From contig CT868507.1 in NCBI GenBank assembly GCA_000165425.1, positions 124,001 to 188,000 of the forward strand: a DNA stretch of 64,000 nt, given 5' to 3'. The position numbers and the translations under genes were made by a program. Shown here in pieces: positions 1-15,600 of the stretch. Positions within the stretch are counted from its first letter, which is position 1. Each line of letters opens with the position of its first letter. The notes under the pieces were generated by a model that made no database searches, was not told the origin of the DNA, and was given only the letters and a program-made list of their open reading frames with translations. This stretch comes from Paramecium tetraurelia (Eukaryota).

Positions 1-1326
1 TATAATTAATTAAGTAGCCTTACTTCATTACATGATTTATAATTATTAAACTAAATTTCGATAATTGTGTTATTCAAGATTACAAACTTTTCTAATATAT
101 TTTGATACTTTTGAAAATAAGTATTCAAATAGATGTTTTCAATTCTTGTCCATTAAGTCTAAGTATCAAGAAAATCAATTTTAGTTTTATCAAATAAAGC
201 AGCACTACAAATTGGTGGATGATTTAATTTGAAATACAAATGAGTTTGATAAGCATTATTGACAATATGACAATATTCACAATTATTCAACTAAATTTCT
301 ATTTTCAATTTAAGTTTCGCTACTATATTGATAATTATGATTATGCTTTCTTCCTGTTATGTTTGCTTATTATTATAAATTAAATAAGTCTCTAATTATA
401 ATTTACCTAAATCTTAATACTAAAAATAAGGAGAAAGATATAATTATATTGGTTTTGTTTTGGGGATATCTAATTTCATTTGAATTAGATCCTCTGCAGT
501 AATGTAAAGGAAGTTTAGATCTGTCACTTTGATGCACCTATTAAATTCATATTGTGACTCAGAAATGAATTCTTGATGTTCTTAATGTTCATTCAGAATT
601 GGAATGAAATCTGAATGTTCTTAATGCTCAGTCAGAATTTCTGCTTATTGAAAATTGATTGTAACTGGCTGCGAATCAGGTTATATGTTGAAGGAATAAA
701 ATTTAAGATTCATAAAGCATTCTTTTGTTAATTTAAAAGTTATTAATACTGAATTATTTTATTTCTAATCTGCTTCTTTTTGATAAATTGCTATACTATT
801 AAACTCTTGAACAGATTGACAAGTTATTAATCGAGAAAGTGTTTAAATTAAATTATCCAGTTCTCTCGTATCAATTTCATTACCATAGCAAATATTGTAC
901 TCTAAATCAGTTTAAGAATCCGGACTTATAAAGGCATAGTTAATTTCTGATTATTTGATTATCGAATCGCTTGTCTTATCTATATAGTCGTTAAGTAATG
1001 TTTCCAAAAAAGACACCTATGTATAATTATTGTAATTTGCATCTCCTTAAATTTATGCATTATTTTGGATGTTCTCTTCAAATTTAAATTCTACTTATTA
1101 GATCTAAATTTTTAATAGGTGTACATATATTTGATGATCAGGTAAAATTTCATTTAAAGCCAACTTAACTTTATCATAGATAATTGTAGCAGTAGTTGAC
1201 AACACTTGCTTATTTGTGATATTTTAGAGGCGGCATCTTACATAGTAGTCATTCTCGCTAGAAGGAGGGTGTTCCTTAAGATAAGAAAATTGAAATTACA
1301 AGAAAAGTAAATTGATTCTATTTCAT
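1..1326 (-). CDS. Hypothetical protein, runs off the window start (3' partial)
   Basis: ATG at 1326 and a 25-nt intron GTAATTTC..TTAAG (1299-1275). The code-6 frame then has no TGA down to base 1. No family recognised. Confidence 0.65.
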
Positions 1327-1866
1327 ATATAATTATATGAAATTTTTAAATAAATTATTATCGTTAAATATATTAGAGAAATTAATATCTAGATTACTAT
1401 TCTATTTATTATCTATTTGAAAACTAAGAAAATAATTTATATGTTATGTATCAAATTGAATTAAAAAATAGAAAACAATTAAAAAAAAGATAGATGTCAG
1501 AGATTTATAAGGTTTTATTCTAATGAATTTATTAAAATCCTAAATTATAAATTCTAGATATTTCAAAATGAAATCCTTACCCAAAAACTCTCACAATTTG
1601 TTAAAAAATAAGATCTAAAACCTAGATTGGCATCCATACCTTTCATGAAAAGTGTACTTAAATAATTTTAGTTAATACCATTTTTACACATTTCTAAATT
1701 GAAACCACTCTTAACCGTAAAAATTAGTTTTTAATAAGTATTTTTATAATAAAATACTTTAACAAGTTATTTTATAATAATATTATTGTAAATTCATTAG
1801 AAGAAGCCAATTTTTTTAATATTTTTGGATTCATGAATTAATTGTTTCATTTTTGAGAATTTTTTT

Positions 1867-3423
1867 ATGTTAAAACATTTTGTGAATCATATTAGAAAAA
1901 TCGATCAATTTGGTGTTGTCTATTAGCCTAAGATCAAATACTCTACAAATGAATATAAGACTGCTGTAGGTGGAATAATGTCAATTATTCTTTATGGATT
2001 GAGTTTTGGCTATTTGTTATATAGCTTCATTTAATATGGATAGGGGAATATTCTTCCAAAAATAACCACTATACAAGTCAAAACAGACCAACAGAGTATA
2101 TTTCTTGAGAATGAAATAATGTCATTCAAGATCAGGCCCGGATAAGATAATTTTATAAATCCATTTAATCCTTCAGCTCTGGTACTTTTGCCCTTGGTGC
2201 TTCCATTTAAAAACAATGAAATACCCCCCAGTTAATATTTCAACTTTGAATAAATCTAATTTTCAGAGGAAAAGATTTCTATACGAAATTTAGATTTGTA
2301 ATACGGTGATCCCTCATAAGAAGAGACAGAACAAATAATCGCATTTGTAGGGTGTAAGTAAGTTAACTTACCTTCTCCATTTGCTTGCGCTAATCAAAGC
2401 ATCTAAGATTAGTTCTTTGCTCAATCAAGAAATGCTATGATTGCTACTACTTAAGTAAATTAATTTAATACCGACAGAAGAACTTTGGATGAGGTAGGTA
2501 AGGAACAGGTTTTGGCAATAGTGAACAATTCCACATACTTTTAAACTATAAATTTGAATATTTAAGAATCGTAAGTAGATACAGGTTTCTTATTGGAATA
2601 AATTGAAAGCTATGTTTATGCTACTGATTATTATTTAACTAATTAACAAATGGGTTAAGAGTATTTTAGAACTACATTTAAATTTGATGCTTACATGGTA
2701 TTTTAGTTAAGAATAAGCAAATTGAGATACTTGCAGAGTATTCAATATCCAAAGATAAGTGAAATTTTGGCTGATGCAGGTTCAATTGGATCCACTATCC
2801 TTTTGCTGTCATATTTTGTAATTCTATGTAATCAGAGCCTAATGGAGAAGTAATCATTGGATGATATCATTTCAATTTATTACCCATAGTATAAGGATTT
2901 GTAGATTAAGTAGACATTTTATGGTTCGATTAAGGAGGTTATCTTTGAGGGTAAATAATAGGATTTAGAGTAATTCAAATAATATCAGAAAGAACTGCAG
3001 GAGAGGGCTGAGAAGAAGTTGTCTATGTTAAATTTAGTGTATGAGATTTCAAGATTGCAATTTATGATTACAAATATTTTGAAGTCTAAGGAATAATTAA
3101 GGTAGAGTCACAAGATAGGGATTAAATTGAAATAATTTGAGATGTAAAAATTGTTGAATGATGAAAATTTGAATGGAAATTAAATTGTAATTTAATAAAT
3201 TCATCCTCTAGATACCTCATTCAAATTTGAACTGTTCTTCTTCTAAATTAGCCATTATTGATAGTCAAAGTGATTCATCCTAAAATCTTAAGGTAGACAT
3301 GCATTATTAATTTAGAAACCATAACAACAACAATAGATTACAGTTGAGGAATCTAGTGATGAGAATTAATTAAACGATGAGGATTTTGAGATTCTGATTC
3401 AACCTAGTGAATTGGAAGAATGA
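1867..3423 (+). CDS. Ciliate two-transmembrane protein (518 aa) with a large lumenal/extracellular loop; topology like DEG/ENaC or P2X
   Basis: Intronless code-6 ORF of 1557 nt: MLKHFVNHIRKIDQFG..YKTAVGGIMSIILYGLSFGYLLYSF (TM1) ... YPKISEILADAGSIGSTILLLSYFVIL (TM2) ... ends TGA at 3421-3423. Confidence 0.8.
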
Positions 3424-3478
3424 AAATATATTGAATGCGAGATATAATATTTTAAATACATAATTAATTAAAATACAC

Positions 3479-6320
3479 ATGTCCACTTTATAGTATATGA
3501 AGGAGATAATTTCTAAATAGATTACGACTCTGTCAAATCCAAATGGGGAAGATAAAAAGACTTTGGGTAAGAATCAAATTTATTAAAATAGAATCTGAAC
3601 CATACCATAATTTGCAAAAGTCAAGTGTATTGCTAGAATCCAGGTGTTTCAATGATCCTCAATTGTAGGATAAGAAATGCAGATAAATACTATCCAAATT
3701 GATATATCTGATCAATCAAGTAAGTTGTGATGCTCATACTTTTATAATAGGGAGAGAAATTCAACGATCAAGAATCTTTGAGTTTATTTTTTGGAATCAC
3801 TAAATTGTTTTCATCTAACAACGTGGATCTCAGAAGAATGATCTATTTGATGATTAAGGTAATAAATAGGGTTTATTGATGGTAGGAATTCAAAGATGAG
3901 AATTCTATGTATGTAGTCATTAGTTGTTTGGCCAAAGACATTACTTCTAAGAATGATCTATTTAGAATTAATGCCTTAAGAACACTTCCTTATGTCCTTG
4001 ACTAATCCAATCTGGTGTAGCTGGATAGATATTTAAAAAATGTATTGAATTGAGCAATTTTCATATAGGCAATCCTTGAAAAGAGTTAGCCAATCTCAAG
4101 TGCTGCTTTAATAGCTGGTTTGTAGATTTTCAGAATAAGTCCTGATTTCATTAGGAAGTGGACCAATGAAGTTGCTGACAGACTCAATTCCAAATACCCA
4201 TAAAACAGTTTCCATGCACTTTTGTTACTTCATGAAATCAAAAGCAATGACAAAGTCACCTTCACCAAAATCCTTACTGGATTAACCAAAGAAACTCTTG
4301 TTCCAATTGCCAACATGCAAGTTATTCGATTCATAAAAGAAATCCTCAACACTGACGATTTAGATTAGCAATATGAAAAAGTAACAGACTCTCATACTAT
4401 ATTTAGTTATTCATAGAATATCTCCTAAGACAAATACACAAGTCTCAAGAAATTGTCATTTTTGAAGCTTGTAAAGCATTATGCGATTTGAAATCACTCT
4501 CCAACAAGGATCTTTAACCAATGGTTTAGGTTGTGATTGTCTTCTTGCAATCAAGCAATGTGATCAATAAGTTTGTGGCCCTCAAAATTTTAAATAGATT
4601 AATTTCAAATCCTATCAGAAGATCCCTCATCACACCCTCACAAATTGAACCATTCATCTAGGATTCCAATAAATCCTTGTCATCATTGGCTGTTTCCATA
4701 TTATTAAAGGTCTGCTAAGAAGGCAACATCGAGAAAATCTTAGTTTAGATATTTGAATACTTAAATGAAATGAGTGATGAATTCAAAATTGATGTCATCA
4801 GAAGTATCAAAGCGCTAGTAAAGAGTTCCCCTACCAAATGGAAATCTATTATTAATTTCCTTAAATTAACTTTCAAATGTGATGCCTCATAAGAGTTTAA
4901 AAAATATTCAATCGAAATCTTTGAACTCATTATTCACGAGATCCCTGAAGCAAAAGAACATGCTATCTTGACTTTAGCAGATTATATTGAGGATTGCTAA
5001 CATGCTTCTATACAATTAAGTGTATTGAGCATCCTCAATAGAGAAGCTGCAAAGAAATAATGTCCAACTAGAGCTATTAGAATTGTAAATAATAGACTCT
5101 ATCTTGAAGATGCTGAAATTAGAGCTGCTGCAGTTGGTGTACTTGGTAAATTCCTCCTTCACTATCCTAATGAAAAGGATAACCTTCTTGAATTATTATC
5201 AGCAGCTGCCTATGATCCCGATGAGGAAGTCAGAAATCGCTCTCAATTCTATATTAATGAATCAGCAGCACCAAAAGAAGAAAATCCTCCTTTGTCAATA
5301 GAAGAATTAGATGCAATCGAAGCCTATTTGTAATAAAACATATAGGAAATCTAACAATCTAATGAAGAGGTACTATAATTAGAAAAGATTATGGCTTATG
5401 CTGAATAAAACAAGGGAAAGATTAAGAAGACTGAGGTGTTATAAGAATTAGTGGAAGAGGAATTGATATAAACTCATGAATCTGAATCTGGATTTGAAAC
5501 ATACAAGAAATTATTCAAGGAAAGCACAATCTTTTGTGATTATGGAGTATTAAGAAAATCATCAAGAGCATAAAATTTGACTGATTCTAAATGTGAATAT
5601 TTAGTAACAGTGGTCAAACACTTTTTTGATAATCACATAATATTGGAGTATAAGGTAAAGAACACATTAGACAATGTCACATTGAATGATGTCTCTTTGG
5701 AATTAACAATAAAGAATGTCAATCTACAATTTGAAAGAATTGTGCCAGCAAAATAAATTCAACCGCAATGTGCATCCAATATCTTAGTTGGATTGCAATT
5801 CAATCCAAATTTGAGATTAGTGTCTTCTAACATTCAAAGCATATTGACATTTACAGTGAATGAAAATGGAACCACTTATTAAGACGAATACTAGACTGAA
5901 GACTTCACCATCACTTACAGTGACTTCTTCTTGCCTATATAATGGTTTAAGTAAGATTAATCATTCTATAGAATAGAAAATTCCAAACTGAATGGGAATC
6001 TCTTAAATCACAAGAAATGTCTGCTACATATTAGTTGGATTATAAGAATACTGATATAGCAATAAAGGAATTAGTGAAACATTTCGGTATGAATTTTTGA
6101 TTTATGCAATTTAGGATTTTTAGTTTGTGACAATTCTGACTAAATATAGCCTTAAAATAAGTTTCATACTTTATTACTGTCAGGCTAATATTTGGATGCA
6201 AAGAATGCATTAGTGATTTGTTAGATAGGATTTCAATAGAATATTGGATGTGTATTAAAAATAAAGTGTAAATCTGAAGATGACAATTTAAGTACCAACA
6301 TTGTAGAAACACTTGGTTGA
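3479..6320 (+). CDS. COPG: Coatomer subunit gamma
   Basis: Hallmark peptides LQKSSVLLESRCFND, KCRQILSKLIYLINQGE, LFFGITKLF, DLRRMIYLMIK, LADYIEDC, RLYLEDAEIRAAAV, EYLVTVVKHFF. Several tiny introns (e.g. 3720-3750). Confidence 0.95.
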
Positions 6321-6439
6321 TATTATTTTAAAATATATATATATATGTATAATAAAGTTTAGATGGAGAACAAAAAAATAAATGGGAAAAAAGAATAATA
6401 TGGTTAATATTTACACAATTTGGAAATATGTTAAATATT

Positions 6440-7478
6440 TCAATATTTATGGTGTTTCCTAAATTTCATTAATAGATATTTTTACTTGTTATGCTTTCTT
6501 GATTTACTTCTGTCCTTGTCTTTCTCCTTGTCTTTTTTCTTTTTACTGCTTTTTTTCTTACTTTTTTCTTTTGAATTGTCTCTACTTCTTGATCTCTCCT
6601 TTTCCTTTTCTTTCTTCTCCTTGATCAATTTTTCCTTATCCATTTAAACATCTTTGGCAATGTCCTCCTTGAATTCTTGTTTCCTGGCTTCCTCCTCCAA
6701 AATCTTCTCTAATTACAATCTTCTTTATTATAGTTTTTATAATTCAACTCTGATAGTCGAAAATCCTTGATGAATTCTTCCATCCAAATGAGTTCTAGAG
6801 TTTAATAAGCACTTAAAAATACTTGACTTTGTTCTCAGTTTCATATAGAGATTGTCTGGCTCCACAAACTTCACATATTTTATAAGTTTTGAATGGGTTA
6901 TTGGTACCCTCATATGCGAGCAATACATCTTCTCTGGCTTTTTTAAGATTATCTGCTTCCATTATCAATCTCTCAGATTCCTCAATCTTACCTAATTCTC
7001 CCATCTTCTCACTCTAATCCGTCAAGAGATTGATCTATCTTTCCATATTGTCAAGTCGATCCTGGATCTCTTTGGGTCGATCAGCTACTTATAGTTTACT
7101 AGATTATTCAACTTATTCTTCATGCTTAGTTAAGATCTTGTCGACTTCCTTCAATTTGTCTTGGATGTAAGCTAACATATTTATCAGGTTCATACTAAAC
7201 CTATTGCCTCTTCAATGTACTTCTTCTCTCTCTGCTACTTTTTGATACTCCTGTGCACAATTGAACTCATTGATGAAGAATTGGTCGTGTCTCTTGCTGC
7301 ACTCTCCCTCATGATCATATTTGGTATGCTTCCACAGGTCATTGAAGCACTTAGAAACCAAGATGTTTTTGCACACATCCTCATTCCAATAGTGAGCATC
7401 GTTCTTCCTCTTGCTTGCTACGACATTTCTCTCCTTGCCGAATAGCTCATCCAGAATGTAACGAGAATCATCACACAT
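6440..7478 (-). CDS. LUC7: LUC7 family U1 snRNP-associated splicing factor
   Basis: LDELFGKERN, VCKNILVSKC..KHTKYDHEGECSKRH (ZnF1), ICEVCGA..HLDGRIHQGF (ZnF2) and an RS/RE-rich tail ending KHHKY*. Tiny introns present. Confidence 0.93.
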
Positions 7479-7523
7479 TCTTTTAATAAATATTTAAATT
7501 AGTTTCTATCTATATTGCTTAAA

Positions 7524-9628
7524 TCATAAAGTCAATAACCTAATAGTTGATTCTCCAATAACCAAGATCTTATTCTACACAAGACAAAAGTCATAAACCT
7601 TGAAAATAGGTATCTATTTGCATTGATTGCTACTCAAATCCCATTCTGAATAAATTCTATTTTTGGTTTATGATACATTTCTAATTCAAAAACAGACATT
7701 TATTGATGAGTTCCCCCTTGGTCTTGCAAATCTGACTCAACTTCAAGTCCCTAATGATCCACTCAGACTGTGCATTCAGCAACAGATACTACTCACTAAA
7801 TTTCATCTACTTCACAACACTTGGACGACAATCAGCTATGGAATATAATCAAATCTAAATACCTTTTTAAACCTATTGCTAAGTGTTGATGTCCCACACT
7901 TCAATTTGATTTTTGTTATTCAGAACATAAAGTAAATTTTGACAAGGCATTCCAAAAACATCAGCATTAAACTATTATTAAAATTGCACTTTCAATAGTC
8001 TTTTAATATTCTCATCATACACACTGATTCCAGTGATTAGATTAGCATCATCGATTCTTTTGGGTCCAAAGAGATTGAACTACTAAGATGGAGCTGGTTT
8101 AAAGTCATAACTGAATACTGATCTATTGAAGTACAACTAGCATGTCTTGTACTTCTCAACCAACATTTCCTCTTCATTATACTCATTGGTTAGGTAATTC
8201 CATTTGACTAGAATGGGATTGACACTTTTTGAGATTTTCAAGATGTACTATATGGTTGAATCGTTCATAAACATGACTGTCTTGATTTCTAGGTTATCGA
8301 TTTCTTTTCTTCTCTCAAATTCCAATTTGTTGTCAAAGGGGTAGACTTCAATTTCAATGTGAAATATAACTTCTTCATCATAGAGCAATCCGCATTTTTA
8401 GACTAATGCTATGAACTATCCATTTGGACTGGAACAGCAATGCAATACCTATTTGACTCTAGCTTTGTAGAAGAATTGCTTTTCTAGGTGGGTGTTCAAT
8501 AGAATGAAGTCTTTTTTGTCTTTGTGTTCAGCTATAATGATTTCTGGATTCATCAATTACAAGGAGTAGACTCCAGGACAGAATTTGACTTCGGCAGTTT
8601 TGATTTTGGTGCCTGTTTGAATGTTCCAAGAAGTTACGACAGCATTCTTATTGATTGAGAATAGATGATTGTTGGAGTAACACAATCCGTGATGAATATC
8701 ATCTTTAGAAGAACTCAATACAATTTGGACAACAGCCTGTTTGTTTTTTACAAATTTGGTGAGTACTATCTGACCATTAGAGGCAAAAGCAACTGAATCA
8801 TAAGAAATTGGAGTCCAACATGTCACAGCACATCCATAGGTGGTTTACAATTCTTCTAATTGGTCGTTTTCAAAATCAATTATGTACACTTCACCTACTT
8901 TTTTTTGTTTAGCAAAAACCAGTCCATTTTACAACATCAAGAGATCATCGCATTCTTCTAATTTTTCAGATAAGATTTTTTGTAATTCTATGAGTTCCTT
9001 GGATTTAGGTGCAAAATTATTAAAGATGGGTTCTTAAAGATTGGGTTTGCCTAGATTAGAGGTTCTCCAGAGAGTAATTTCGCCTTCATTGACACCTACA
9101 ATTCTAGGTATGTATATGACACTACCTTGGATTAGTATGATCTGATACGCAAAAGGCGGTAAGTGGTTATTCTATTAAAAATGTCTTCTTATTAATTTCA
9201 GGTTGTAACAGGAGTAGTGTGTCCCCGAAAATCAAATAAATTTTATCATGCACTGCAACTAATGAGTACGGCATATTTTCAATCAATCCCTTGTACTCCT
9301 TTTTTAATTTCATTTCTTGATCCCAGAGGGCTAAAGAATCAGATCCCGAGGTATCACATAAATGTCCATCAAATGCAATTAAATTGTTCATGGAGGGTTC
9401 CAAATATTCATCTGCGATAGGAATCTAGAATTGGCAATAGAACAATACTTGATCGAAGTGTTGGTCTTTCACAGTAACTTTGAGTTCAAGATTCAAGGAT
9501 TCCAATGAGGTCTGTTGTTAACTTAATTTTTTGTTTATGTGAAATTTCTTTTTTTTGGGTGCATCGATGCCAGGTGGAGGACCAATTGGTTGTTCATCAT
9601 CATCGCCTAATCCAGGAGGGGGGTTCAT
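7524..9628 (-). CDS. Hypothetical protein with Pro-rich N-terminus and probable beta-propeller region
   Basis: Starts MNPPPGLGDDDEQPIGPPPG. Long code-6 frame with WD-like segments (LALWDQ, VTSWNIQTG). Stop position and introns are approximate. Confidence 0.65.
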
Positions 9629-9681
9629 AATATATTAGAAAATTCTTTAATTTAAATTATACACCATGTATATATATATAT

Positions 9682-12600
9682 TCAGAACAATAAAATAACC
9701 AATATGATCATTACCATTGTTCCATGATTTGTTTTGATATCATCTTCTACAGTGACGCTGCTACTACATTGAGTGCACTTCGACGTTGTAGTATTCCAGT
9801 AGAAAGTATTCGAGGTATTTATTCTACAAGATTAAATATTGTAAATTTCTGGATCGGTTTCAATGCATTTCCCATTCTTCGAGGTGCATAACTTAAGAGA
9901 GGTTTCATACATATTTTAAATGTTATGACAGTCACTCTCAAGGAGATCTTAGCATTCTAAAGGAACGCATTAAGTCTCAGATGTAACTTAAGGATCTTCG
10001 ACCCATTTGCATTTCTCTGAAAACTATTAGCATATCAATTTGTCTTAATGACAATCGGAACACTCCAGAACCTTTACACATTGATCACCATCCCAAGCAC
10101 AGGTTCCATCGAGACCGCCATAATCGCATGAAAATTTATTCTCATAATTAGCGCAAACCTCAAAAGCTACACAAGAATGACCATCTGAAATACAGTTTGG
10201 CATCTGTTTCAGACAAGTTTCATGAGTGTAACCATAAGGTATATCATTACATGAAATGGTTTTACAGGCTTAGTCCTAATAAACACATTTTCCATTGCTA
10301 CTTTGAGCATATAGACAAGTCTGTTCATTTCCATAATCCTCACATGTTTTAATGGTAACACATTTCATAGAATCGGAAGTGCAACCATACAACTGAGCAC
10401 TGCAGTCTTCATGTGTTTCTCCAACCAATTCCTCGCATTGTTGATCCCTACATTCACTAGTATTTGTATCCCAAACGCAATCTCCAGTTTGAATTATGAA
10501 TTACTGATTCGAGTTTTATCTAACCACTTTTCCATTCGAACTTATTTTGCATTGTGCCATCAATTTATAAGATGAACACAGTAATAATGGAATACATCCA
10601 TTTTATGTGTCAGTGGTACATTTCGAGGATGTGTTATAACATTCATCATGAGTCAAGTATGGTAAATCGTAGCAGGAGAAGAACCTCTTGCAAATTCCCT
10701 ACTTTTACCTCCAAATGCAATCCCCATCTAAACCAACAACACAAGCTTCTGCTATTGAGTAATCAGCACATTTACTCAATCCCACGCATTTGTTGCCATC
10801 AGTTGTACAATTTTTTGATAAGGATTTACAAACTTCATCATATTGACTTGATATAGTATTACAACCTGTATAGAGATAACAAGTGTTATCAAACCATTTG
10901 CAGATGCCATCAATACCTTTTGTGCACAGATCTTCAATATAAAATTCTGAACATTTCTTCTTGGTTGTACACTTAATGCCATATATAGATGAATTCTAGA
11001 AGGCACAATTTTAGAGTGCACATTCTTATTCAGATGTCCCAGGAATGTCATCACAAACTTATTCTCTGCATTTGAATGAATCCCAAACACATAATTTATT
11101 ATCAGCAGATGTTGTACAAGCAGCTTACAATTATGCATTTTCACAAGACGATTTCGGAATGCAGCCTCCTCCCAATCTGGTAGTGCAATTACCTTTAGGA
11201 TAATATTGCTAGCAATCCCTTTCAGTAGTATTGTAATCTGGCGAGGTGCTGCAAGACTTATTGGTGCAATAGGAACTTTAGGGAACCCATTAACATTCAA
11301 TACCATTGACATCTGTATTGCATGCCTCTTGAACACGGGCATCAGAACATAATTTACGATCAATACAAAAGTATCCATCAGATGTGCAATTGGAATTATA
11401 TTTCTTGCATTCATCATTAGTTCTGTACATCAAATCACTACACCTTTGGAGTCTACAATAGATATAATCAGTATAGCAGAAGGGATAGTGTTGCTCACAT
11501 AATTAAGCAGTTATGGCAGTGTCTGGAGCATTTTAACAAGATCTAACCTAACATGTATTAGTCTTTGGATTCCAATAGCAAGATTGATTGGTAATAGTGA
11601 TAACACATTGCTTCTCGGTTTGATATTACTCACAATAAGTACCTTTGAATTAACACCCATTTCCGATAGCAACTGTTGTGCATTCATTTAGATAGGATTG
11701 ACATTCATCATGTTAAGTGTACGACTTAGGAGCAGTCTGACATGATTTGTTCATACATTTAGTTCCATCCCAACCACATGGCAGATGCAAATTATTGATG
11801 ACACATTGTCTCTCACTGATGTAGGTTGTACAATCTTACAATGGAACACAACCACCAATACCTTAATGAATGACAGTGCAATCACTCAGATACTATTGAC
11901 ATTCTACATGAGTATCCCTTGTACTATCATATGCTGCAGTGTAACAAGACTTAACATAACATCTTCCACCACTCCAAGCACATGTATCACCATTGGAACC
12001 GATAACACAAGACAATTCTGCTGAGTAATTTAGACATCCATTCAATGTCATACAACCTCCTCCTAACTTCGCAGTGCAAGTACTTAAAAACCCATTGCAT
12101 TAAGTATGGGTTGTATAACTTGTAGGAGCATTGGAACACTTAATATCAGCGCATTTACCAATGTCCACATTCCAAAAACATATCCCCTGAGAAGTATTCT
12201 TGAAACAATGAGACTCTTATAGATAATCAGAACAATTAGTAGCCTTAGTGATGCATTCACCAATTCTAGCTACTGTACATGCCGATAAGAATGTCTTGCA
12301 TTCAGTATCATCATCAAATGAAGTATTCTAAGTGGCATCTTCACAAACTCTATCTTTACATTAAGTACCAGTCCAAAAACAAACAGTATTATCCAAACTC
12401 TTGATACATTAATCTGAAGTCAAAATCATGGAACATTTCTATGGCTTAGTGATGCAACCTGCATGTACACTTAATGCATCTACTGTGCATGTTGATAACC
12501 AAGTCTCGCAATCAGAGTGTGTGAATGTTACACCAGTGTAATTAGCACATGTTCTATTCTGGCATTATCCTGATAACCATACACAATTCACTAAACTAAT

Positions 12601-15600
12601 ATTAGTTACACATTAATCCTAAGTCACTCCTAAATCTGGGCAATTCGTGGGCTTATTTACACAATTTGTCGGTGATGCTCCTGCCTAAACAGTACAGGTT
12701 TCTAACCAAGACTCACAATCAGAATGTGTGAATGTAGTTCCTGTGTAATTGCTACAAGTCCTTCTCAAACAAGTGCCATTATACCAAGCGCATTCATACT
12801 TACCACTGTCTATCACACATTAATTATATGACACTCCTGCATTACTACAATTTGATTGTAATGTTGTGCATGTTGTTGGTTTATTTAGTTAACATTGAGG
12901 TAGCCATTTTTCACAATTACTATGAGTCCAGGGGCTGATACCAGTTGTGTTTGAACATGTTTTATTGATGCATGCATTATAACCTGAATTTACAGTGCAT
13001 ATGGATAACCAATTCTGACAATTTGTATGATTAAATGAGAATCCAGTTGCATTAGCACAAGTCTTAGCAGTACATGCAGTATTACCTGTATTTACAGTGC
13101 AATCAAAGTTCCAATTTTAACAATTATTGTGATTGAATGTTGTAACAAAAGATCCATGATTAGTACATGTTTTTGGTTAACATGCTGTTAATCCTGAATT
13201 GACTGTACATGTAGACAACCAGAATTAACAATTGCTATGATTGAATACAGTAACTTCACTTCCATGGTTATTGCATGTTCTACTTGTTACGCAGGATGTA
13301 CCATCATCAGATACTGTGCAGTAATATAACCAATTTGAGCAGTTTGTATGATTGAAAGTACCTAAACCATGATTACTACATGTCTTATATTCGCAATTAG
13401 TACCTGTTGGCGCTAATTTACAATAACTAAACCAATTACTACAGTTTGTACTGCTGACAGAAAAGCCAGAAGGATAATTTGTACAATGTTTCTTTTCACA
13501 TTTTGTAGTTGAATTATTAGTACAAGTAGGTAGCCATCCAGAACAAGTGATATAAGTAAAAGTACTCAATTATGATCCATAATTTTCACATGTTTTATCC
13601 ATGCAACCATCATTTGTATTATTCACAGTGCAATATGGCAACCAATTTTAACAAGTTTGGAGATTAAACGATGTAACCTGATTGCCATAATTGCTACAAG
13701 ATCTTGTGCTTATACATTTCGTAGCTGAATAATTTGGAGTGCAATAGGGTAACCAACCTCTACATTAAGATTCGTTGACAGTTCCTGAGTAGTTGTCACA
13801 TGTCTTATATTCGCAATCATATGCTATGTATGTGCATTAATTATTCCAATTATAACAGTTGGTTGATGACAATCCCATTGATTAATAGTTTGTGCATGTC
13901 TTATAATTGCAAGTGCTTTCTCCTGTTTAAAATGTACATGATAACAACCAAGATTAACAATTCGTATGATTTAGGGTACTCACATTTGAACCATGATTTT
14001 GACATGTTTTATATTTGCATGCTGTTGAACCATCATTAGTGCAAATGTCATACCAATTGTAACAGTTTGTGTGAGTAAATGTTGTAACTTAGGATCCATA
14101 ATTTGTACAAGTCTTGTCTATACAACCAGTTTAAGAGGTATTGGGTGTGCAGGTCGTCAGCCAATCCATACAATAGTATTAATCATATCTAATATTGTAT
14201 CCATTATAACTTTATAAACATGTTCTTTGAGGCACACAAGCAGCATTTGTGACTGTATTATAGGTACATTGATTGCCTATCCAATAAGGACAATAAGCAC
14301 TAAATGAATTTGTGATTGCACTACCATAATTGGTACAAGTTTTGAGTTCACATCCATTTCCACTTGCATTAGCTTTACAAATGGTTAACCATTATCCACA
14401 TTTTGCAGTAGTTGTTGATGACATACCATGATTGAAACATGTTTTGTATGTGCATCCATTGTTTGTTCCATTGACTGTGCACAAAGGATTCCATTATTCA
14501 CAATTTACATGGTTGAATATCTTGATATTGTCACCATAATCGCTGCATGTTCTTTATGAATGGCAGGCTCTCTGACTTTAACTCCTGGTGCAATGTGGTA
14601 ACCAATTCTCGCATTATGATACAGATCCAAAAGATGTGGAACTCCCACAAGTCTTATAATCACAATAAGAGAAATACAGGACTTGCTTACAGGAATTCAA
14701 ATAAGATGAACAGCTGGACCAGGCACCTGAATCTGAACATGTTCTATTCTTGCATCCAGTAGTACCATTATTGGTACACAAATAGTTCCAAGATACACAC
14801 TATACGTCTGTTACTTAACTAGGTGTAAAGTATTCATTTTTAAGTTCAGTGGCAATGCTTGTATTATAACAAGTCTTTTCTGTGCAACCAGTACCTGCAT
14901 CATTGACTGTGCAACTAGATAACCAATTTTCACAATTGATGTGATTGAAAGTAGTAACATTTGATCCATAATTTGAGCATGTTCTGTGTGTGATACAATT
15001 TTATTGTCCAAGCAAACAATGTGAATATCTACTTGAACAGTTGGCTTGAGTAGTATCTGAGAAATCTTAACAAGTTTTGATTTTGCAACCATAACATGAT
15101 TGATAATAACAATCAGATTTGAAGTTACTGCATCTGGCATCACTAACACAAACATTGATATTTTGATAGTGATTATTGCAGGTCTTATCAATACATTTGG
15201 AATTGTCGTACATAGCAGTGCATGAATATGACCAAGATTAGCAATTGGAGAAATTAATTGTTCCTGTGAAATTGGCACAAGTTTTTAGACTACAATTTGT
15301 ACTATTAGAATTGACAGTGCATTGAGGATCCCATGCTTCACAGTTTGCATGATTAAATACTGAAAAGTGTTGCCCATTGTTATAACAATTAGTTGCACAT
15401 TGATCATTTGTAGATTTCAAAGACCAGGCTTCAGACCATTTCTTACAATTGCTCTCTGTATATATTAGAGATGTGATGGCATTTGAACTAGTCTTATATG
15501 TACATCCATTATAAGAATTATTGATGGTACATCTAGTTGACCAGGCCTCACAATTGGCTTGGTTGACTGTTCCCGAGAAATTTGTACAAGTCTTTTCAAC

